Source of the DNA: Anaerolineales bacterium
GTDB lineage: Bacteria > Chloroflexota > Anaerolineae > Caldilineales > Caldilineaceae
NCBI GenBank assembly: GCA_034422235.1
Contig: DAOUJU010000040.1
Location: 51,922-115,921 of the forward strand
Length of the DNA: 64,000 nucleotides
Reading direction: 5' to 3'
The translations under genes and the position numbers were made by a program. Positions 39,816 to 49,887 of the stretch are shown here, one piece after another; position 1 is the stretch's first letter, and each line of letters opens with the position of its first letter. Below the pieces are notes generated by a model, which did no database searches, was not told the DNA's origin, and worked only from the letters and a program-made list of their open reading frames with translations.

Positions 39816-41294
39816 TCAAAGGGGTAGGGCAGGCATGCGGGTATGCCAAGCGGTGGTGCTTTCATAGGCATACGCTGCTTGCAGGATTGCCTCCTCGCCC
39901 AGATGGGGACCCAGCAATTGAAGACCTATGGGCAAACTGTCTTCATCAAACCCACAGGGCAGGGAAATGCCACAGATTCCGGCCAGGTTGGCGCTGATGG
40001 TAAAAATATCGGCCAGATACATGGAGAGTGGATCTTCCACCCGTTCGCCCATGACAAAGGCGGTCGTCGGTGTGGTCGGACAGGCGATAACGTCTACCTG
40101 GGTAAAGGCCTGTTCGAAGTCCTGCTTGATCAGGGTTCTCACCTGCTGGGCTTTCAAATAGTAGGCATCGTAGTACCCCACACTCAGCGCATAGGTACCC
40201 AACATGATGCGGCGTTTGACCTCCGGCCCAAAGCCTTCAGCTCGGGTGGCATTGAAATTGCTCCACATCGAATCAGCCCCAGCACTATGACCAAAGCGGA
40301 TGCCATCATAACGCGCCAGATTGGCGGAGGCTTCGGCCGTGACCACCATGTAGTAGACAGGCAATGCCATTTCCGTGTGAGGCAGGGAGATGGGCACAAT
40401 GTCCCCACCTAATCTGGCCAGATGGTCGATGGCTTCCCGGACATGGGTAACCACAGCCTCCTGCATACCGCCAACGAAGTATTCTTTGGGGACACCAATG
40501 CGCAGGCCAGCCAGGTCAGCATCCAAGAGGTCTCGGTAGCAGGGCACAGGGTCATCCAGACAGGTACTGTCCCGTGGGTCGGCTCCCGCCATGACTTCCA
40601 GCAGCAGGGCAGCATCTTGTACATTGCGCGTTAACGGTCCCATCTGGTCCAGGCTGCTACCAAAGGCAATCAGACCGTACCGACTTACCCGACCGTAAGA
40701 GGGTTTCAGTCCCACGACACCACAGAATGCGGCCGGCTGCCGTATGCTGCCCCCGGTGTCCGTGCCCAAGGCACCTAAGGCCAGCCCTCCAGCCACAGCC
40801 GCTGCCGATCCCCCGCTACTGCCTCCGGGCACTCGATCCAGGGACCAGGGATTGCCCGTAGGATGAAAACCGCTGTTCTCTGTACTGGACCCCATGGCAA
40901 ATTCATCGGTGTTCGTCTTGCCCAGGATTACCGCTCCTGCGGCCGTGAGTTTTTCCACGGCCGTAGCGGTGAAAGGCGGCTTATAGCCTTTGAGAATACG
41001 ACTGCCACAAGTGGTCTCCACACCCTCGGTGGACAGTACATCCTTGAGTGCCAGTGGGATGCCCAGTAGCGGTTGATCTGCGGATGACTTGCCCTGTGCG
41101 CGCGCCTGATCGGTCGTCGCTGCAGTCTCCAGGGCCTGTTCCGCCGTAACATGCAGGTAAGCCCGAATATGCGGGTCCCGCTGCTCAATGCGTTCCAGCA
41201 GACCCTGGGTCAAAGCCACGGATGTCAAGTCACCGGCATCCAGTGCCTGCCGAGCCGTGTCAATAGTCAGAATATCCAGGTCAACACCAGACAT
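39816..41294 (-). CDS. gatA: Asp-tRNA(Asn)/Glu-tRNA(Gln) amidotransferase subunit A
   Basis: 492 aa. Amidase signature GGSSGGSAAAVA, LKDVL, and GTDTGGSIRQPAAFCG. Confidence 0.95.
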   Translation of the reverse strand: MSGVDLDILTIDTARQALDAGDLTSVALTQGLLERIEQRDPHIRAYLHVTAEQALETAATTDQARAQGKSSADQPLLGIPLALKDVLSTEGVETTCGSRILKGYKPPFTATAVEKLTAAGAVILGKTNTDEFAMGSSTENSGFHPTGNPWSLDRVPGGSSGGSAAAVAGGLALGALGTDTGGSIRQPAAFCGVVGLKPSYGRVSRYGLIAFGSSLDQMGPLTRNVQDAALLLEVMAGADPRDSTCLDDPVPCYRDLLDADLAGLRIGVPKEYFVGGMQEAVVTHVREAIDHLARLGGDIVPISLPHTEMALPVYYMVVTAEASANLARYDGIRFGHSAGADSMWSNFNATRAEGFGPEVKRRIMLGTYALSVGYYDAYYLKAQQVRTLIKQDFEQAFTQVDVIACPTTPTTAFVMGERVEDPLSMYLADIFTISANLAGICGISLPCGFDEDSLPIGLQLLGPHLGEEAILQAAYAYESTTAWHTRMPALPL

Positions 41295-41307
41295 GACAGT
41301 TTATTCC

Positions 41308-41616
41308 CTAAGTCCCAAAGAAGGCCTTTACGCGAAAGAAACCATCTTGGCGGTCAGGAGCATTGGCCAGAGCTACTTCCTGGGGCAAGCCCGACTGCTG
41401 AACATCCTCCCGAATTACGTTCGTGAGTGGTATGACATAGGGCGTGGGAGGTACATTGGAGGTATCCACCTGCTGCAGGCGGTCTGCATACGCCAGAATC
41501 TGCCCCAGCTGCTCGGCAAACAGTTCCTCCTCGGCTGGAGTCAGGTCCAGCCGAGCAAGCGCGGCTACCGACCGCACGGTTTCTTGGTCCAGTTTGTTGG
41601 TAGTTGTCTCGGTCAT
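41308..41616 (-). CDS. gatC: Asp-tRNA(Asn)/Glu-tRNA(Gln) amidotransferase subunit C
   Basis: VRSVAALARLDLTPAEEE...VDTSNVPPT is the classic GatC pattern. The ATG at 41616 is preceded by AGGAAG; the ORF track uses the GTG at 41622. Confidence 0.9.
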   Translation of the reverse strand: MTETTTNKLDQETVRSVAALARLDLTPAEEELFAEQLGQILAYADRLQQVDTSNVPPTPYVIPLTNVIREDVQQSGLPQEVALANAPDRQDGFFRVKAFFGT

Positions 41617-41627
41617 GGGCACTTCCT

Positions 41628-41667
41628 AAAAAAAGAAAAAGCACTGTGAGCAAATCCCACAGTGCTT
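41628..41667 (-). terminator. Intrinsic-terminator-like hairpin plus U-tract directly abutting the gatC ribosome-binding site
   Basis: Minus strand: AAGCACUGUG-GGAUUUGCU-CACAGUGCUU (10-bp stem), then UUUCUUUUUUU, immediately followed by AGGAAGUGCCCAUG. Confidence 0.55.
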
Positions 41668-42108
41668 CACTTGTGTGCCGATCACCGTGGCCTTCCTCTG
41701 TCCACGGTGCCGGGTCTTGCAATGTTTGTTACCCACCCCTGGACAGCTTGCTAGCTGCTGCGGATGCGGCAGAGTTCATGGGGAGATCTGGAAGAACAAA
41801 CATACGGTCCATGAGAAAATTATAGCCATCCGCCGGGCTGGATGCAAAGATCACGGGCCTGATTCCTGCGATAGAGACTGGCCCATGGGGCAAGTATCAG
41901 CATGCTCCTGTAGCACACTCGGATAGATTCACATCCTGACTTTTGGCGACGATCTGGACGCAGAAAACTGTTGGGGATAGAGGTCGTGTCTACCCTAGGG
42001 ATAGGTTCTTCCCTGAATATCTGGCCAATACCCGGCGGGTTGCCAGTCTGCCGGTGCCTTCATCAGGCGCATCTGATTCTGACAATAGTACAACCGGATA
42101 AACCTTCA

Positions 42109-42519
42109 TCAGAGGGGATTGCGCCATCGTAAGCCAGGGAAGCGACTGAAGTCAGTGTCGTTTGAGTGAACCTCTGCCTGATATTCCATGGCCACCGTAG
42201 CGATGTGCACGTCTGTCACCAGGTTGGCGCCGACGCCAGCGGCGACAAGATTGCGCCGGAAATGGAGCAGGTGATCGGTACCGGGATTGACCGGCATGAC
42301 ATGGGGGAACTGAAACCATTCGTGCACATAATCCACTGCTTCCACCGGGTCCGCTGGATAGCGCAGAATTCTGGGGTGGGTCATCAGCCTCACGAAGCCG
42401 ACCGATACCACCCAAGGTATACCGATCCTCTCTGTACCATTAACCAAGCCTTCCCACCAGCTTCTGGCCGCGGCGTGATAAGACACTCCGTCATTATAGG
42501 CATATATCAGCAGGTTCAA
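42109..42519 (-). CDS. vapC: Type II toxin-antitoxin system VapC family PIN-domain toxin
   Basis: 136 aa. MNLLIYAYN..., acidic PIN residues, and C-terminal HSNDTDFSRFPGLRWRNPL. Confidence 0.85.
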   Translation of the reverse strand: MNLLIYAYNDGVSYHAAARSWWEGLVNGTERIGIPWVVSVGFVRLMTHPRILRYPADPVEAVDYVHEWFQFPHVMPVNPGTDHLLHFRRNLVAAGVGANLVTDVHIATVAMEYQAEVHSNDTDFSRFPGLRWRNPL

Positions 42520-42530
42520 GTCGGGAATAA

Positions 42531-42791
42531 TCAGGGCGCCCTCGGCACGGCAAAGATGTCGGCTTCCAGCTGGTCGTTAATCTGATTCAGTTTCATGGGG
42601 TCGATTCCCGGGTTGAAGCCACTATGATGGGGTACAACCCGGTATGCAGGCCGCGGAACATCCGCTATTTCAGGTGCCAACCCACGGCGCAAGGCGTCGT
42701 TTACCACCTGTTTGAAAGATACATCCAGGAGTCGTGCCCGTTCGCGCAGAGCGTCGGCAATGTCGTCATCTATTGTCAGCGTAGTTCTCAT
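42531..42791 (-). CDS. vapB: VapB-type antitoxin
   Basis: 86 aa. MRTTLTIDDDIADALRERA is the typical N-terminus. Lies 11 nt upstream of vapC. Confidence 0.75.
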   Translation of the reverse strand: MRTTLTIDDDIADALRERARLLDVSFKQVVNDALRRGLAPEIADVPRPAYRVVPHHSGFNPGIDPMKLNQINDQLEADIFAVPRAP

Positions 42792-43356
42792 ATGGACATC
42801 ATAATGTTAAATTAAAATGATGTCAAGATGTCTCAGTCCTAAAGCAGCAACCTAATCCTTCCGCAGCTGCAAGAGGCTAGATCTGGTCTTCCATCCCTAT
42901 CAGTGCGAGTCGTTCCGCACCAGCTTGTCGGAAAACACCCGGACAACTGTTTCTTACCCCGACTCCATTCCTTGACAAGGGTATTCGCACGTTTGTTCTG
43001 TCTCGAAAAAAGCTTTACTATGTGCGTAAATAAAGCTGATCGGCTTCTTCATGGGGGCCCAAAGGCCAGGAATCGCCCTGAATCACGGGGCAGACAGCTC
43101 GCCCTCCCGCTTTCGTGTGCTATGGACGCCTTGAGCCTGACGTGCATCACCCGGAAAATGAATGGCCAGATCAAGTGGGAGAGACGACTCGATTCGGGGA
43201 GAATCGAACCGCTCAGCTGCTTCTCCTCCTGAGGCAGGGTCCTCAGGTGTGTCAGATTGCCCAAGTCCGGCGGAATGACCTCACTTAACTTTGTGCCAGC
43301 ATCAGATCTTTACTTTACACTGCACGGATCACCCCTTCATCCGCTGAGTCACCCAT

Positions 43357-45408
43357 ATGAACCAGCATCAGCACACCAACCGCCTAATTCACGAAACCTC
43401 TCCCTATCTGCGTCAGCACGCCCATAACCCCGTGGAATGGTATCCCTGGGGTGAGGCGGCCTTGGCCCAAGCTGTCCAGGAAGACAAACCTATTTTCCTC
43501 AGTATTGGTTACAGTGCCTGTCACTGGTGTCATGTCATGGAGCGGGAAAGTTTCGAAGACGAAGCCACAGCAACCTACATGAATGATCGCTTCATCAATA
43601 TCAAAGTGGATCGGGAAGAACGCCCTGATCTCGATTCCATCTACATGGAAGCGGTACAGGTGATGACCCGCCATGGAGGTTGGCCCATGAGTGTGTTCCT
43701 GATGCCGGACGGTACGCCCTTCCACGGTGGTACCTATTTCCCACCCACACCTCGTCAGGGCATGCCCAGTTTCCGCCAGGTACTGGAAGCTGTCGCTGAT
43801 GCCTATGTGCAACGCAAGGAAGATCTGCAGGCCCATGGCCTGAAAATGGTTTCTTTCATGGACAATCTGGCCCAAGGCCCAAGTGCTGGCGAGTTGGACG
43901 GCCAAGCCATTCTCACCCGTGCCACTGAGCAGTTGCGCCAGCACTTTGATGCCAATTATGGCGGCTTTGGTAACGCCCCCAAATTCCCCCAACCCATGAC
44001 TCTGGACTTCCTGTTGGCTCAATCCTGGGGGACAGGTCATCTGGCTGATCGCAACATGGCTGAGAAGACTCTTACACATATGCTCAATGGGGGGATCTAT
44101 GACCAGTTAGGGGGTGGTTTTCACCGATACAGTGTGGATACTTTCTGGCTGGTGCCTCACTTTGAAAAGATGCTGTATGACAACGCCCAGCTCCTTAAGA
44201 CCTACCTGCAGGCTTGGCAATTGACGGGACATGAGGATTACCGGCGGGCAGTGGACCAGACAATCGCCTATGTACTGCGGGAAATGACCAGTCCAGATGG
44301 CGGTTTCTACAGTGCCCAGGATGCCGACAGTGAAGGGGAAGAAGGCCTCTTTTTTCTCTGGTCGCTGGCCGAAATCCAGGATTTGCTGACAGAGGAAGAA
44401 GCCCGCATCGTCGCTGCTGTCTTCGGTGTATCCGAGCAGGGCAATTTCGAGGGACGTAACATTCTTCACCGCCCACGTCCAGTGGAAGAAAACGGTCGCT
44501 ATCTGCGCCTGCAGCCCCATGCCGTGCAAGTGGGGTTGGAGAGCGCCATGCAAACACTCTGGCAAGCCCGGGAAGAGCGGATTCGTCCGGAACGCGATGA
44601 CAAGATTCTGGCTGAATGGAATGGGCTGATGATTGAGGCTTTGGCTTTATGTGGTGCGGTCTTGCCTCACGCGGCTGCCTTGCAAGCAGCCCGGGATGCC
44701 GCAGACTTTCTATGGGCTGAGATGCGCCAGCCTGATGGTCGCCTGTTACGCAGTTTCAAGGATAGTCAAGCCCGATTCAATGCCTATCTGGAAGACTATG
44801 CTGCATATGGGAATGCCCTGCTAGCCCTGTTCGCAAGCGATTCGGATCCCAAGTGGCTGGCACGCAGCCAGGAAATGGCGGCCATGATGCAAGAGGAATT
44901 CGAGGATATTCCCACAGGGGGGTTCTTCCAAACTGGTCATCGTCACGAAAAGCTGGTCATGCGGCGCAAGGATTACCTGGATAATGCTGTACCCAGCGGC
45001 AATAGCCTGGCCGCCAACCTGTATATTCAGTTAGCCCATCTCACAGACCGTTCCGACTACCGCGAAACAGCAGAACGCATCATTCGGCAAGTGGGAGAGC
45101 TTCTTTCAACCCAGCCCACGGCCTTTGGCCGGATGCTGTCTGCCGTGGCCGCTCTTGAGGCTCCCACGCAGGAGGTTGTCATTGTCGGGAACCCGGAGGA
45201 CAACATGGTGCAGGATATGGCCCATGCCGCACGCCAGCGTTACCATCCTTACCGATTGGTTACAATTCTGCCACCAGATCACAAGTCGGACTTGTCAGTG
45301 TTTGCCGGGAAGGTTCAGCAAGACTCAAAACCCACAGTTTATGTCTGCCGCAACCATGTCTGTCACAATCCGGTGGATTCAATACCGGCGATGCTGGATC
45401 TTATGTGA
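43357..45408 (+). CDS. Thioredoxin-domain (DUF255) protein fused to an (alpha/alpha)6 barrel, YyaL/SSP411-like
   Basis: 683 aa. [29 protein letters not shown]...[18 protein letters not shown] is the DUF255 hallmark. Confidence 0.9.
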   Translation: MNQHQHTNRLIHETSPYLRQHAHNPVEWYPWGEAALAQAVQEDKPIFLSIGYSACHWCHVMERESFEDEATATYMNDRFINIKVDREERPDLDSIYMEAVQVMTRHGGWPMSVFLMPDGTPFHGGTYFPPTPRQGMPSFRQVLEAVADAYVQRKEDLQAHGLKMVSFMDNLAQGPSAGELDGQAILTRATEQLRQHFDANYGGFGNAPKFPQPMTLDFLLAQSWGTGHLADRNMAEKTLTHMLNGGIYDQLGGGFHRYSVDTFWLVPHFEKMLYDNAQLLKTYLQAWQLTGHEDYRRAVDQTIAYVLREMTSPDGGFYSAQDADSEGEEGLFFLWSLAEIQDLLTEEEARIVAAVFGVSEQGNFEGRNILHRPRPVEENGRYLRLQPHAVQVGLESAMQTLWQAREERIRPERDDKILAEWNGLMIEALALCGAVLPHAAALQAARDAADFLWAEMRQPDGRLLRSFKDSQARFNAYLEDYAAYGNALLALFASDSDPKWLARSQEMAAMMQEEFEDIPTGGFFQTGHRHEKLVMRRKDYLDNAVPSGNSLAANLYIQLAHLTDRSDYRETAERIIRQVGELLSTQPTAFGRMLSAVAALEAPTQEVVIVGNPEDNMVQDMAHAARQRYHPYRLVTILPPDHKSDLSVFAGKVQQDSKPTVYVCRNHVCHNPVDSIPAMLDLM

Positions 45409-45602
45409 GGAAGTACCCATACCGTCCAGAAACCGCAAGTCGGGGAGAGTTCCCTGCTTGGGGGTAGAGGTTGTGCACCAGATTACTGCCTGACAATCCT
45501 GGCTTTGCCCCGTAGAGCAACCCGGACAAACAGACGTAAATGCTGTCGATGGCCGTCCACGTCCGTAATGTCTCCAGTAAACTGTTGGCTAACCCATGAA
45601 TC

Positions 45603-46064
45603 TCATTCTGGATTCAAACCTCGAATTTCAGAGCACGCCCTGCCCGATTCAAGCCAGTCTGAGGCTTGGGCAATGACCCGATCCAGCGGCTGGCGTTCCC
45701 TACCCTTGAGTGCACATTCCCAAATGGCCAGAACCCGCCATCCCTGTTCCACCAATGCCCGCTGATTCATGGCATCCCGGGTACGATTACCTTCGATTTT
45801 CGTACGCCACCACGCCTTGCGCGTACGCGGCCACTTGAACAGGGAACAGTCATGCCCATGCCAGAAACAGCCATGGACCAGAATTACAGCGCGATATTTG
45901 GGCAACACAATGTCAGGTTTGCCCGGCAGATCCGGGTGATGCAGGCGAAACCGAAACCCGCGTGCATGCAGTCCTTGGCGAATCGCTATCTCTGGTCGCG
46001 TATTCTTGCTTCTAATCTGGGACATCATGCGACTACGCACAGACGGAGTAACGATATCGGACAC
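45603..46064 (-). CDS. vsr: Very-short-patch repair endonuclease
   Basis: 153 aa. SRMMSQIRSKNTRPE, GFRFRLHHPDLPGKPDIVLPKYRAVILVHGCFWHGH, and WRVLAIWEC. Confidence 0.9.
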   Translation of the reverse strand: MSDIVTPSVRSRMMSQIRSKNTRPEIAIRQGLHARGFRFRLHHPDLPGKPDIVLPKYRAVILVHGCFWHGHDCSLFKWPRTRKAWWRTKIEGNRTRDAMNQRALVEQGWRVLAIWECALKGRERQPLDRVIAQASDWLESGRACSEIRGLNPE

Positions 46065-46488
46065 GCTGACGGCAAGACCTCTTTCTTTTGTTGTCCCTTT
46101 CAGTTTCGGCCACTGGCCTCTGGGTCAGAGCAGGTCAATCCAGACAGACTCCGAGTTCCCATATAGTGGTATGCTTGGGATGTCCGTGCAACCCAACGGA
46201 GACTGTCGCCGCAAGGCGCCAGTACCCTATCGGCCTTTCCAGCTTATGCTGATACAGCGGGACTTCGTAGCAACAGAAATCTGTGACCGAAAGAGCCTGG
46301 GGGCAAGGTATCCGTTCATGTGCTTGTCCTTCCTGCTGCTGTATCCGGTCACCGGTATGGGACACCACATTACTGTTTGGGATTGTAACGGTGACAGCCC
46401 TGAAAAGACCAGGCATATACCCACAGTCCGAAGGCAACCGAACTGCCATGCAGGAGATTTTCCTCCGTCGTCTTAACATCACTCAACC

Positions 46489-48249
46489 GTGCTTGCCGTC
46501 ATGATGCGTGCCCATCATAGTCTGTCATTGTTTTCTCCCCGTCGATGGGGCATAGGGATATCTCGGTTAAACCGCAGACTGAAACAACACCGAATACCCA
46601 ATTATGTCCAGATCGATATTGGAGAAAGAGTCATAGAACGCCAATCCAGAGCTGCCTGGTTGACCCCTCTGTTGGGACCACCTCCGCAGTCGCTGGAAGA
46701 CTTGCGGACGGCCTTGCGCGCCGTAGCTGTCGATCCGATTCCAGAAGGCATTGTGCTACGTATCGATAATACGGACCTGACATTGCACAACGCCCAGACC
46801 ATCATTGGGTTCCTGGCGGAATTTCGTCAATTGGACAAAGAGCGACATGCCAGTTCTGGTGCGGCACCCAAACGGATCGTATGTTTCCTGAATCTCTGCA
46901 CAACGGCCAGTTATCTGGTAGCCACAGCTTCCGATCATATTGTCCTGGCTCCCGTCACGTCCTGGGACCTGACAGGACTCAGTCAGCGCAATCTATACCT
47001 GCATCGTATGCTGGACAAGCTGGGACTGGATTTCGAGGTTGTTCGTGCAGGACGCTGGAAGACCGCGCCCAACGCTTTAACAGCGGAATACATGGATCAG
47101 CACGAGCGAAGCCACTTACTGACGGTACTCCAATCTCTGTATGACCAAATCGTAGACCAGATTACCCACGGTCGGGGACTGTCCCACGCCACGGTGCAAG
47201 CGGCACTGGATGAGGGGCCCCTGGTGGCCGAGGAGGCATTAAAACATCAACTTGTGGACGATATCTGTGCCTGGTCTCGACTGCCTGCCCGTCTCTCCCG
47301 TGAACCCTCAGATCAGGAGAAGACCTTGGTCCCCTATACCGAGATCCAGAGGCTTTTGCGGAAGGAATACCGACGCCGACATCCCAAGATGATTGCCGTA
47401 ATCTCGGTCCAGGGCGTTCTCAATATGGGTTCCAATAACGCCAGGTCCAGAGACAGCATGAGCAACCATCGTGACCTGCTGGCAGCGATCCAAACGGCAA
47501 GAGAGAAGAAAGATCGCTTGGCGGGGGTCATTCTCTACGTCGATTCGCCAGGCGGGTCCGCCCTGGCCAGTCATATTGTTCATGATGCCCTGTTGCAGCT
47601 ACGCGACGAAATGACACTGGCCATTTATATGGGAAAAGTAGCAACCAGCGGTGGCTACTACCTGGCTATGGCAGGACAACACGTCATTGCCCAGACGGCT
47701 ACCCTGACCGGCAGTATTGGTGTCTTCTTGGGCAAACCCTTAATCCACCGTCTGCAGGGGAAATTGGGCATCCAGGTCTCGCACCTGCAACTGGGTGCCA
47801 ATGCTGGTATCTTCGATCCGGCCACGCCGTTGTCAACTAACCAGCGTGAGCTCTTTCAACGTCATGTAGATCATGTCTACGCCAATTTCCGGCGAGTGGT
47901 CCAGGCGGGTCGTAACATGGACGGTAGTCGGCTGGATGAACTGGCCGAGGGCCGGGTCTGGACTGGCCAGCAGGCTCTGGAAAGGAATCTGGTAGATGAG
48001 ATCGGTTCCTTTGGCAAAGCAGTAGAATTCATTCGCACACAGGCTGGCATTCCCGCCGACTGTCAGGTACGAGTCAAAGATCTGCAGGCACTGCCCTGGC
48101 TGACCTCTTTGTATCCGGCTATGGCGGGTTCCCAGTTCTGGGGTCGGCTGCTTCCATGGTGGAGCCGATACCTTCCGGAAACAGACAGCACAGGTGACCG
48201 GGATCACCTGTGGATGTTGGATGAGGATCTGGTTGATTGGCCACTTTGA
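46489..48249 (+). CDS. sppA: Signal peptide peptidase SppA, 67K (two-domain) type, S49 family
   Basis: 586 aa. Two ClpP/crotonase-like halves. The second carries VDSPGGSALAS and GKVATSGGYYLA (catalytic Ser region). Confidence 0.85.
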   Translation: MLAVMMRAHHSLSLFSPRRWGIGISRLNRRLKQHRIPNYVQIDIGERVIERQSRAAWLTPLLGPPPQSLEDLRTALRAVAVDPIPEGIVLRIDNTDLTLHNAQTIIGFLAEFRQLDKERHASSGAAPKRIVCFLNLCTTASYLVATASDHIVLAPVTSWDLTGLSQRNLYLHRMLDKLGLDFEVVRAGRWKTAPNALTAEYMDQHERSHLLTVLQSLYDQIVDQITHGRGLSHATVQAALDEGPLVAEEALKHQLVDDICAWSRLPARLSREPSDQEKTLVPYTEIQRLLRKEYRRRHPKMIAVISVQGVLNMGSNNARSRDSMSNHRDLLAAIQTAREKKDRLAGVILYVDSPGGSALASHIVHDALLQLRDEMTLAIYMGKVATSGGYYLAMAGQHVIAQTATLTGSIGVFLGKPLIHRLQGKLGIQVSHLQLGANAGIFDPATPLSTNQRELFQRHVDHVYANFRRVVQAGRNMDGSRLDELAEGRVWTGQQALERNLVDEIGSFGKAVEFIRTQAGIPADCQVRVKDLQALPWLTSLYPAMAGSQFWGRLLPWWSRYLPETDSTGDRDHLWMLDEDLVDWPL

Positions 48250-48298
48250 TGTAATCTGCCACCTGTATATATTCCATCAAGTCAAGAGAGGAAGCCCC

Positions 48299-49534
48299 TT
48301 GCCCCTTTCCCTGCATGAGGTGCGTGGTCAGTTCCCCGCCCTCCAAGAGATCTATCACCAAGGCACCGCCATCTTTTGTGATGGTCCCGGTGGATCCCAG
48401 ACGCCCACTCCAGTCATTATGGCCATGCGGGAATACCTGACCCGGTTCAACGCCAATACGGGTGGCCTGTTTGATACCAGCCAGGCGACACACCGGATTC
48501 AGGAAGAAGCCCACAGCTTGATGGCCGACTTTTTTAACGCTGCACCGCACGAGATCATCTTCGGTGCCAACATGACATCACTGACCTACCAGATCAGCCG
48601 GGCAGTCGGCCAGACTCTGGCACCAGGAGACGAGATTATTCTGTCCCGGCTGGATCATGAAGGCAACGTCGCCCCCTGGTTGCAGATGGCCGCCGAACGC
48701 AACCTGGTAGTACACTGGATTGAACCTAATCTGGCCGATTGCACACTCGATCTGGATCAACTCGAGTCCCTGCTGGGCCGACGCACCAAATTGATTGCCG
48801 TAGGCTATGCCAGCAACTTCAGTGGTACCGTGAATCCCGTTGCCCAAATCACGCAATGGGCCCACAGCGTAGGTGCCCTGGTCTATGTTGATGCGGTCCA
48901 CTTCGCGCCCCACCGCCTTATCGATGTATTAGCCCTGAACTGTGATTTTCTGGTTACCAGCGCCTATAAGCACTTCGGTCCCCACCTCGGCGTATTGTTT
49001 GGCAAGGAACGGCATCTAATTCGACTGCCTGCCTATCAGGTACGGACGGCCGATCGTGACCTCCCAGGCAAGTTCGAGACGGGCACTTCCAATTTCGAAG
49101 GACTGGCCGGAGTGTGCGCTTGCGTGGAATACATTGCCTCCCTAAGTGCAGCAGACCCGAGCATGGCCTTGTCTGCCTCCCGTCGCGAACAGATTGAAAC
49201 GGCCTGGGACGTCATCCGGGCCCATGAAACACAGTTAGCGAACCTGTTCCTGTCAGGCCTCAAGAACATACCAGGCATGCGTCTTTATGGACCTGCCAAT
49301 GTACATGATCGGGTGCCTACTTTCGCGCTGCGCAAGGAGGGCACGACGCCCCGTGAACTTGCGACCCATCTGGCAGACCACAATATTTTTGCCTGGGATG
49401 GCAATTTCTATGCGCTTGAAATCTCCCGGGCTTTGGGAGTCGAGGACAGCGGCGGTGTGTTACGGGTTGGTTTTCTGCACTATAACACGAACGAGGAAGT
49501 CAATACTGTGCTCAATGTTTTGGACATGGCCTAA
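48299..49534 (+). CDS. Aminotransferase class V / cysteine desulfurase-like protein
   Basis: The ORF track start at 48194 overlaps sppA. The in-frame TTG at 48299, preceded by GAGAGGAAG, is more plausible. Sequence has VRGQFPAL, HEGNVAPW, the PLP-Lys region TSAYKHFGPHLG, and a C-terminal VRVGFLHYNT. Confidence 0.82.
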   Translation: MPLSLHEVRGQFPALQEIYHQGTAIFCDGPGGSQTPTPVIMAMREYLTRFNANTGGLFDTSQATHRIQEEAHSLMADFFNAAPHEIIFGANMTSLTYQISRAVGQTLAPGDEIILSRLDHEGNVAPWLQMAAERNLVVHWIEPNLADCTLDLDQLESLLGRRTKLIAVGYASNFSGTVNPVAQITQWAHSVGALVYVDAVHFAPHRLIDVLALNCDFLVTSAYKHFGPHLGVLFGKERHLIRLPAYQVRTADRDLPGKFETGTSNFEGLAGVCACVEYIASLSAADPSMALSASRREQIETAWDVIRAHETQLANLFLSGLKNIPGMRLYGPANVHDRVPTFALRKEGTTPRELATHLADHNIFAWDGNFYALEISRALGVEDSGGVLRVGFLHYNTNEEVNTVLNVLDMA

Positions 49535-49722
49535 TGGCCATTACAAAGTTCGTTATGGTGTCTCAATGAAGAAGAGAGCACAGGTCAGGCATCTTGATTT
49601 TTGGCCCCAAATGCTACATTGACATCACATATTTCATGGTAGTCCGTTGTCCTGGACAACTATCTAAATGGTGGTCATCTCTTCTTGTGTCCAGAACCAG
49701 GATCTAATGGGCAGAAGGTGTA

Positions 49723-49765
49723 AAGTGGTAACACCACTTAGCTCGACTTTGTACAAAGTCGAGCT
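49723..49765. repeat. Two adjacent perfect palindromes (7-bp stem hairpin plus a 26-nt perfect palindrome)
   Basis: AAGTGGT-AAC-ACCACTT (49723-49739), directly followed by AGCTCGACTTTG-TA-CAAAGTCGAGCT (49740-49765). Confidence 0.6.
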
Positions 49766-49887
49766 TAATACGCGCTATGCGGCAGGGAAGAACTGACTAA
49801 CCAGGCAAGATCCTCCCGAATGACTTGCGCCCGTTCGATAGTCTGCCCATAACACACTTATACCCAGCAATGTACAGTACCTATTCC

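Noticed and set aside
41728-41742. T-box element upstream of gatC (GGGGUGGGUAAC resembles AGGGUGGUACCGCG).
   Set aside because: - Only partial identity.
- It lies about 60 nt from the terminator instead of overlapping its 5-prime arm.
- No specifier-loop or stem-I features were recognised.
43185-43285. A tRNA-like signal on the minus strand: GGTTCGATTC (T-loop-like) preceded by a perfect 7-bp hairpin CCTGAGG-ACCCTG-CCTCAGG.
   Set aside because: - The T-stem does not pair (AGCGG versus CTCCC gives 2 mismatches plus a wobble).
- The hairpin has a 6-nt loop, not a 7-nt anticodon loop.
- No acceptor stem or D-arm could be built.
At most this is a decayed tRNA or att-site fragment.
46135-46482. 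115-aa minus-strand ORF upstream of vsr, considered as a possible methyltransferase remnant.
   Set aside because: No C5- or N6-MTase motifs were found in this or other frames, and no RBS. Treated as non-coding spacer.
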